Positions 59,040 to 64,000 of a stretch of DNA of 64,000 bases are shown one piece after another. The notes below the pieces were generated by a model. That model ran no database searches and had not been told where the DNA came from. It worked only from the letters and a program-made list of their open reading frames with translations. This stretch comes from an uncultured Ignavibacteria bacterium (lineage in GTDB: Bacteria; Bacteroidota; Ignavibacteria; Tepidaquicellales; OLB5). Each line of letters opens with the position of its first letter. Position 1 is the stretch's first letter. The position numbers were made by a program, and so were the translations under genes. The stretch covers positions 580,334 to 644,333 of the forward strand of contig CAWFKW010000006.1 in the NCBI GenBank assembly GCA_963816535.1. The letters are read 5' to 3'.

Positions 59040-60095
59040 CTATTCACCTCCCGTTGTTGTCTTTAGCAAATACATTCCTCTAGGGCTTATTGCATATCCA
59101 ACTTTATCATTAATGAAGAATATTGAACCTAGCGCAGGAGGGCATAAGGCATTCCATGTATTACCATCATCTTTTGTTACACGCAGTAAATTATTACTTA
59201 ACTCAAATTGGATGCTGTCCTTAAAAATTGAATTCTTTTTAGGGAAATAATTTTGATATTCATTTTCATTCACGATACGTTTCGTATTCCAATTTATCCC
59301 GCCATCAGAAGTTGTCAATATATAATATATAGAATAAAAAATATCAAAATCCTGATTTACTTTGAATGCTCTCAAATAGCCGGTATTCTCATTTTCAAAA
59401 TATATTTCCTCAAATTCAAGGCCGGGGAAATCTAGTTTAATCCAGTTCCTGCCCTCGTCTGTTGTTTTCAAAACCCTGTCAAAACCTATTACAAATCCGG
59501 TATTTTGGTTAAGGAAACATATCGATTTAAAACACCCTGCATTTTCAAATAACCGAGTCTCCCAGTTTTTTCCTCCATCGGTAGTATGCAAGATTGCCCC
59601 ATTATCGCATGTTAATCCATTGCCTGCAACCATATTCTTTCCGCCTACAGCCCATCCTGTATTTTCATCTTTGAAATAAATATTATTAAAAATGTATAAT
59701 GTATCAAAGAAGACTATATCCCAATTATTTTTTTCAAGATTAACAAATTCCAAGCTTCTTGTTCTTTTCGGGACTTCAATCACATCAGTGTCCACTTTGA
59801 TTTTCAAGACAAAAGTAAACAATCTGTCTCTTAATAAAGGGAATTCGATTGTCATTTCTGTATCAGAATTGCCAATATATGATGCGTGAAATGTTTGTAA
59901 ACCATTTGGAACTTTTGAAATTTGGCATATTCCATTATCATCTGTACCGCATATAAAATTTGTTCCCTTAATTTTTATTATAGCTCCTGGAAGAGGTTCA
60001 TAATTATTATCCAGAACCAAGCCTTTAAACGTATTGTTCTGGGCGATGCCATTTATTGTTAGTATGAATATAAGTGTGCAGAAATAAAGTCTCAT
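59040..60095 (-). CDS. exported protein: CarboxypepD_reg-like N-domain plus BNR/Asp-box (Ycf48/sortilin-like) beta-propeller
   Basis: Signal peptide present. FKGLVLDNNYEPLPGAIIKIKG (Cna-B/carboxypeptidase-regulatory-like). Four Asp-box-like repeats: TTDGGKNW, TTDEGRNW, TSDGGINW, TKDDGNTW. Confidence 0.65.
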   Translation of the reverse strand: MRLYFCTLIFILTINGIAQNNTFKGLVLDNNYEPLPGAIIKIKGTNFICGTDDNGICQISKVPNGLQTFHASYIGNSDTEMTIEFPLLRDRLFTFVLKIKVDTDVIEVPKRTRSLEFVNLEKNNWDIVFFDTLYIFNNIYFKDENTGWAVGGKNMVAGNGLTCDNGAILHTTDGGKNWETRLFENAGCFKSICFLNQNTGFVIGFDRVLKTTDEGRNWIKLDFPGLEFEEIYFENENTGYLRAFKVNQDFDIFYSIYYILTTSDGGINWNTKRIVNENEYQNYFPKKNSIFKDSIQFELSNNLLRVTKDDGNTWNALCPPALGSIFFINDKVGYAISPRGMYLLKTTTGGE

Positions 60096-60306
60096 AACTT
60101 AAACTCTAATTACTTTAAAATTATGAGATTATTTCAGTAAATAAAGGTAAAAATTGGATTTTATAAAAGGCTGGTTTTCTCGTATCCTTATTTTCTTTTC
60201 AAAAATACTAGCAATTAATTGATAGATTGTTTCATTTCTTTTATCTCTCCGTGTTCTCTGTGTACTCTGCGTGAAATTGATCTATTGTAGCAGAAAGCAA
60301 ACCAAG

Positions 60307-60449
60307 ATTCCCGCCTTCGCGGGAATGACAGGAAACGGTATTTTCTTGCCGCTGTTGGCGCATGAGGCGGGAATCTTCGCTTATCATTCGCCGGACTTCG
60401 TTGCGTCAGGTCTCTGACCTGACGCGTGTCAGGAGGAAACTCCTGACAC
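60307..60449. repeat. cluster of GC-rich hairpin modules in the tsaC upstream region
   Basis: ATTCCCGC-cttc-GCGGGAAT (60307-60326), with an extra GCGGGAAT arm at 60367. GCGTCAGGTC-tct-GACCTGACGC (60403-60425) abuts GTGTCAGGAG-gaaa-CTCCTGACAC (60426-60449). Confidence 0.8.
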
Positions 60450-60510
60450 AACCCGAATACTTCCGTCTTTTTCCTTACATCCTAATAATTTTACCTTTAA
60501 TTTTGTAATA

Positions 60511-61494
60511 ATGAAGACTCTCGTAACCGAATCAATCAAAAAAGCCGCATCGTTCATAAAAAAAGGGGATGTTGTCGCTTTTCCTACGGAAACTGTTTAT
60601 GGACTCGGCGCAAATGTTTATGATATAGAAGCCATCAAAAAAATTTACACCGCTAAGGGCAGGCCGTTTGATAATCCTCTGATAGTCCATGTTGCTTCTA
60701 AGAAAGATATTTTAGTATTGGCAAGCGAGATCCCCGAATTGGCAAAGAACATAATCCGAGATTACTTTCCAGGCCCCATAACTGTGATACTTAGAAGAAA
60801 TGAACTTATTTCAAGGCTTGTTACAGCCGGACTTGGTACCATTGCGATCCGCATGCCATCTTCCAGGGTTGCGCTTGATTTTATCAAAGAATGCGGCGTA
60901 CCTATTGCCGCGCCATCGGCAAACCTATCAGGCTCGCCATCGCCTACAAGCTATGAACATGTGCTGGAAGACTTTGACGGAATGATCCCGTGTGTGCTGA
61001 AAGGGCCCAATGCCAAACACGGACTTGAATCGACCGTAATTGACTGTTCTTCGAGCATTCCGCATATACTGAGACCCGGAGTCATAACTTTAGAGCAGCT
61101 TAAAGGATTGAACGAGAGAGTGGCATACCAGGCAAGAACCGGAAAGATAAAAAGTCCGGGGCAGAAGTATAAACATTACGCGCCGAAGGCAAAAGTTGTA
61201 TTGCTCCCGAACGGGTGCAAAGAATTGCCTGCATCGGATTCCAAGAAACTCAGGTCTTATATTGGAATTTCGCGTCCCGGGAATCTGGATGGAATCGCAT
61301 CGGTCAGGATATGCGATGACATGAACGACTACGCTAAAAATCTCTTTTCTTACTTCAGGCAATGCGACAGGGAAGAAATGAAAATAATTTATGCTGAAAA
61401 AGTTTCCGAGGAAGGTATTGGATTAGCTATTATGAACAGGCTTAAAAAAGCTTCAGCTAGAAATGTAAAAGTCAAAATTCAAATATTAAAATGA
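60511..61494 (+). CDS. tsaC: L-threonylcarbamoyladenylate synthase, long Sua5/YwlC type (TsaC domain plus Sua5 C-domain)
   Basis: KGDVVAFPTETVYGLGAN, KGRPFDNPLIVHV and APSANLSGSPSPT blocks. 327 aa. Confidence 0.9.
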   Translation: MKTLVTESIKKAASFIKKGDVVAFPTETVYGLGANVYDIEAIKKIYTAKGRPFDNPLIVHVASKKDILVLASEIPELAKNIIRDYFPGPITVILRRNELISRLVTAGLGTIAIRMPSSRVALDFIKECGVPIAAPSANLSGSPSPTSYEHVLEDFDGMIPCVLKGPNAKHGLESTVIDCSSSIPHILRPGVITLEQLKGLNERVAYQARTGKIKSPGQKYKHYAPKAKVVLLPNGCKELPASDSKKLRSYIGISRPGNLDGIASVRICDDMNDYAKNLFSYFRQCDREEMKIIYAEKVSEEGIGLAIMNRLKKASARNVKVKIQILK

Positions 61495-61583
61495 CAATAT
61501 AAAATTCAAAATAGATTTTAAATCTGAGTATTACATTTTGATTTTTGAATTGTCATTTTGACTTTTAATTTTTTATATTTAAT

Positions 61584-61625
61584 TTTCTTGTTTCTTGTTT
61601 CTTGTTAATTGTTAACTGCTAATTG
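61584..61625. repeat. 6-unit heptanucleotide tract overlapping the stop codon of the NlpC/P60 gene
   Basis: tttcttg tttcttg tttcttg ttaattg ttaactg ctaattg. Confidence 0.8.
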
Positions 61626-62479
61626 TTAGGATACCATCTTCTCACAACAAACCTTTCTCCGCTTGAACTGTCATAATTATTTACCGGGGTCCGGGAACTC
61701 ATGATATTCTGTATTGTTTCCAGGAGATCGGTTTTAACTACGCCGCCTTTCGAAAGCCCGCTCTGTATGGCGGTCTTTTCGTCATAGACATAGATTACAT
61801 GTCCGTCCCATACCATCATATCAAGCGGCTTCACCTTATCTGCGATTTGCTTTGCCGAAAGGCCCTCGATCTCAACGCCTTCTCCGTAATTAACCAGCTT
61901 GCTTGTATTGCGTTCAGTGTATCCGTTTGTTGCCTGGTACATTAAGCCAGAGCAATCGCAGCCCCGCAGGCTCCATTTATATTTTAAGTCGTCAGAAATA
62001 TTCCCTTTCGGAGGATAATATTCCAGCAGTTTATCAATTCCGCCGATAAAATCGCCTCCCCAGCAATATTTTTCTCCGACTGCATTGTCAAGAAATTTAT
62101 AAATCTCTGCTTTAGACGGTAATTTTTTCTGTCTCGGTTTTGGTTCTTTATCCATAACAGTAACAAACCGGCTGTCAATATATAGCAGCGAACCGTACTC
62201 GTACTCATCGCATTTGCAGTTATAAATTTTATGGTCGCCGTAGTCATATTCGCCCTGAAGTTCAAATACTGTCCCGGGCAGCGCTATAAACTCCATTTCG
62301 CGGATAAGTCCCTCATTGTCGATTCGTATCGTCATTCCGTCTGCGCCGCCAAAAACGCCGGGAAAATCGGGACTGTTCAAAACGGGCGTAGGTTCATTGG
62401 CCACAGCCCATAAATTTTGTGCGTGAGTAAAATCAGTAAGTGCAAGCATAAGTAAAGTTATTAAGATTAATCTTCTCAT
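61619..62479 (-). CDS. NlpC/P60 (C40) family cell-wall peptidase with N-terminal SH3-like region
   Basis: Signal peptide present. Catalytic Cys block RGCDCSGLMYQA, with His further downstream (VWDGHVIYV). Confidence 0.7.
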   Translation of the reverse strand: MRRLILITLLMLALTDFTHAQNLWAVANEPTPVLNSPDFPGVFGGADGMTIRIDNEGLIREMEFIALPGTVFELQGEYDYGDHKIYNCKCDEYEYGSLLYIDSRFVTVMDKEPKPRQKKLPSKAEIYKFLDNAVGEKYCWGGDFIGGIDKLLEYYPPKGNISDDLKYKWSLRGCDCSGLMYQATNGYTERNTSKLVNYGEGVEIEGLSAKQIADKVKPLDMMVWDGHVIYVYDEKTAIQSGLSKGGVVKTDLLETIQNIMSSRTPVNNYDSSSGERFVVRRWYPNN

Positions 62480-62731
62480 TAGCTATACAATAATATCTAT
62501 TTTAGTTTTAAGAATAAACAGTTATGGCTGAATTTGTTTCGCGCTTCATAATACCGCATTTCATTGAAAATTCACTAAATTCCGGTGACAGCGCTACATA
62601 ATTGATAATTTCCCCTCCCTTTTTCTTTTCCCCATTTTTTCGTAAATTTGTAATTGATTTAAGGTTTTACTTTTCGTTTTTTTGGAAGAATTTTATCAAA
62701 ATAATTATATAATTATAAAGGAGAAATTAAA

Positions 62732-62971
62732 ATGTCTGTTGACGTAGAAGCTCAAATAAAAGAGGCAATTGTAGAAAAACTTGGTGTTGAAGAATCTAAG
62801 GTAACGCCAACAGCTTCGTTCATTAATGATTTAGGCGCTGATTCGTTAGATACGGTTGAACTGATCATGGAGCTGGAAAACAGGTTCAATATCCAGATCC
62901 CCGATGAAGACCAGGAAAAGATCCAGACTGTAGGCGATGCAATTACCTATGTTAAGTCAAAGATATCATAA
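62732..62971 (+). CDS. acpP: acyl carrier protein
   Basis: [16 protein letters not shown] phosphopantetheine-attachment motif. AAGGAG SD. 79 aa. Confidence 0.97.
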   Translation: MSVDVEAQIKEAIVEKLGVEESKVTPTASFINDLGADSLDTVELIMELENRFNIQIPDEDQEKIQTVGDAITYVKSKIS

Positions 62972-62986
62972 CATATACCAAAAGCG

Positions 62987-64000
62987 ATGAATAGACGTGT
63001 TGTAGTTACGGGTGTCGGCGTTGTTTCTCCGATTGGCAACAATGTTGAGGATTTCTGGAAAAACCTGGTGGCCGGCGTAAGCGGAGCGGCTCCAATCACT
63101 TATTTCGATACGACTCATTTTGATACGAAATTTGCGTGCGAAGTCAAGAACTTTGATATTCTTAATTTTATCGACCGCAAGCTTGCCCAGCGGGTAGATC
63201 TGTTTACACAGTTCGCTCTTGCTTCGTCTGATATGGCTATTAAGGACTCAAGTATCGACTTTAAATCAGTTGACCCATATAAAGCAGGCGTTGTTTTTGG
63301 CTCAGGTATCGGCGGAATGTGGACGTATCAGAAAGAACAAACTAAGCTTTTTGAAAAGCAGGGCAATCCCGACAGGATAAGCCCGTTTTTTATCCCAATG
63401 CTGATAGCTGATATTGCCGCAGGCAGAATTTCGATGAGGCACGGATTGAAAGGTCCCAACTATGCCACAATCTCAGCTTGCACAACCTCAGCGCATTCTG
63501 TAGCCGATTCGGTTATGCTGATCCAGCGCGGAAATGCCGATGTGATGGTGACCGGCGGCTCAGAAGCGGTTATCTGCCCTATGGGCGTAGGCGGGTTTAA
63601 TGCAATGAAAGCGCTTTCAACGCGCAATGACGACCCGACTAAAGCCTCCCGTCCGTTTGATAAAGACAGGGACGGCTTTGTTATGGGTGAAGGCGGCGCT
63701 TCGTTAGTGCTTGAAGAAATGGAGTATGCCAAAGCGCGCGGCGCCAGGATTTATGCTGAAATAGCGGGGCTTGGTTTGACTGCCGATGCGCATCATATCA
63801 CTGAACCGGATCCAACAGGCGGCGGTGTTGTTAACGCTATGCGCTTTGCGCTCGATGATGCAGGTCTGAATCCATGGGAGATCGATTGCGTTAACGCTCA
63901 CGGCACTTCTACTTATTATAATGATAAGGGAGAAACCGAAGCCATCAAGCAGGTTTTTGGAGAGCATGCTTACAGAATACCGGTGCATTCTGTTAAGTCG
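62987..64000 (+). CDS. fabF: beta-ketoacyl-ACP synthase II (3' end outside the window)
   Basis: The ATG at 62987 gives MNRRVVVTGVGVVSPIGNNVEDFWKNLVAGVSG. Active-site context ATISACTTSAHS. The frame is open to nt 64000. Absent from the ORF track because no stop lies inside the window. Confidence 0.93.
   Translation, partial: MNRRVVVTGVGVVSPIGNNVEDFWKNLVAGVSGAAPITYFDTTHFDTKFACEVKNFDILNFIDRKLAQRVDLFTQFALASSDMAIKDSSIDFKSVDPYKAGVVFGSGIGGMWTYQKEQTKLFEKQGNPDRISPFFIPMLIADIAAGRISMRHGLKGPNYATISACTTSAHSVADSVMLIQRGNADVMVTGGSEAVICPMGVGGFNAMKALSTRNDDPTKASRPFDKDRDGFVMGEGGASLVLEEMEYAKARGARIYAEIAGLGLTADAHHITEPDPTGGGVVNAMRFALDDAGLNPWEIDCVNAHGTSTYYNDKGETEAIKQVFGEHAYRIPVHSVKS

Noticed and set aside
60215-60451. 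78-aa minus-strand ORF
   Set aside because: It is translated straight through three palindromic hairpin modules and is not a gene.

Overview
This 64-kb window is mostly housekeeping chromosome, with about 55 protein genes and 2 tRNAs. It is most consistent with an anaerobic or facultative member of the FCB superphylum, Ignavibacteria/Bacteroidota-like. That placement is an inference from T9SS C-terminal sorting domains, the miaB / sigma-54 activator / lptE-like and lpxB-lpxK clusters, and an F-ATPase operon that lacks beta and epsilon. All functional calls come from motifs read directly in the supplied translations, because no database search was possible.

Main blocks:
- miaB (partial) to a DUF814 gene: 1-5.4 kb.
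- atpZ-atpI-atpBEFH-[unknown exported protein]-atpAG operon on the minus strand: 5.5-12 kb.
- Envelope cluster of M23 peptidase, lipoprotein, GATase, lpxK and lpxB: 12-17 kb.
- smc, interrupted by a frameshift: 20.8-24.4 kb.
- A GH2-like protein fused to a polytopic membrane domain: 24.5-27 kb.
- An AT-rich islet carrying an AIPR-like (abortive-infection family) gene: 29.4-30.5 kb.
- gltX, followed by a 1.8-kb stretch with no credible gene: 33.2-35.0 kb.
- T9SS cargo, TPR and heptaheme-cytochrome genes: 35-40 kb.
- tRNA-Glu plus a tRNA-like remnant.
- A fermentative module: ADP-forming acyl-CoA synthetase, a four-subunit 2-oxoacid:ferredoxin oxidoreductase, and PFOR (frameshifted at a homopolymer) with a DHOD-like partner.
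- tsaC/sua5, acpP and fabF (partial) at the right end.

I found no CRISPR array, transposase, integrase or rRNA, and no clear multi-gene novel system.

Observations most worth a second look:
1. A foreign exported-protein gene translationally coupled inside the atp operon.
2. A GH2-like domain in which both catalytic glutamates appear substituted, fused to a membrane domain.
3. A short orphan AIPR-like gene.
4. The 1.8-kb gene desert, which holds a decayed ORF and convergent small ORFs with strong Shine-Dalgarno (SD) sites.
5. A near-identical palindromic operator upstream of both ferredoxin-oxidoreductase operons.
6. A family of degenerate 7-nt-periodic tracts at gene boundaries, plus several families of GC-rich hairpin repeats.
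7. Frameshifts in two essential or large genes, which may simply be assembly errors.
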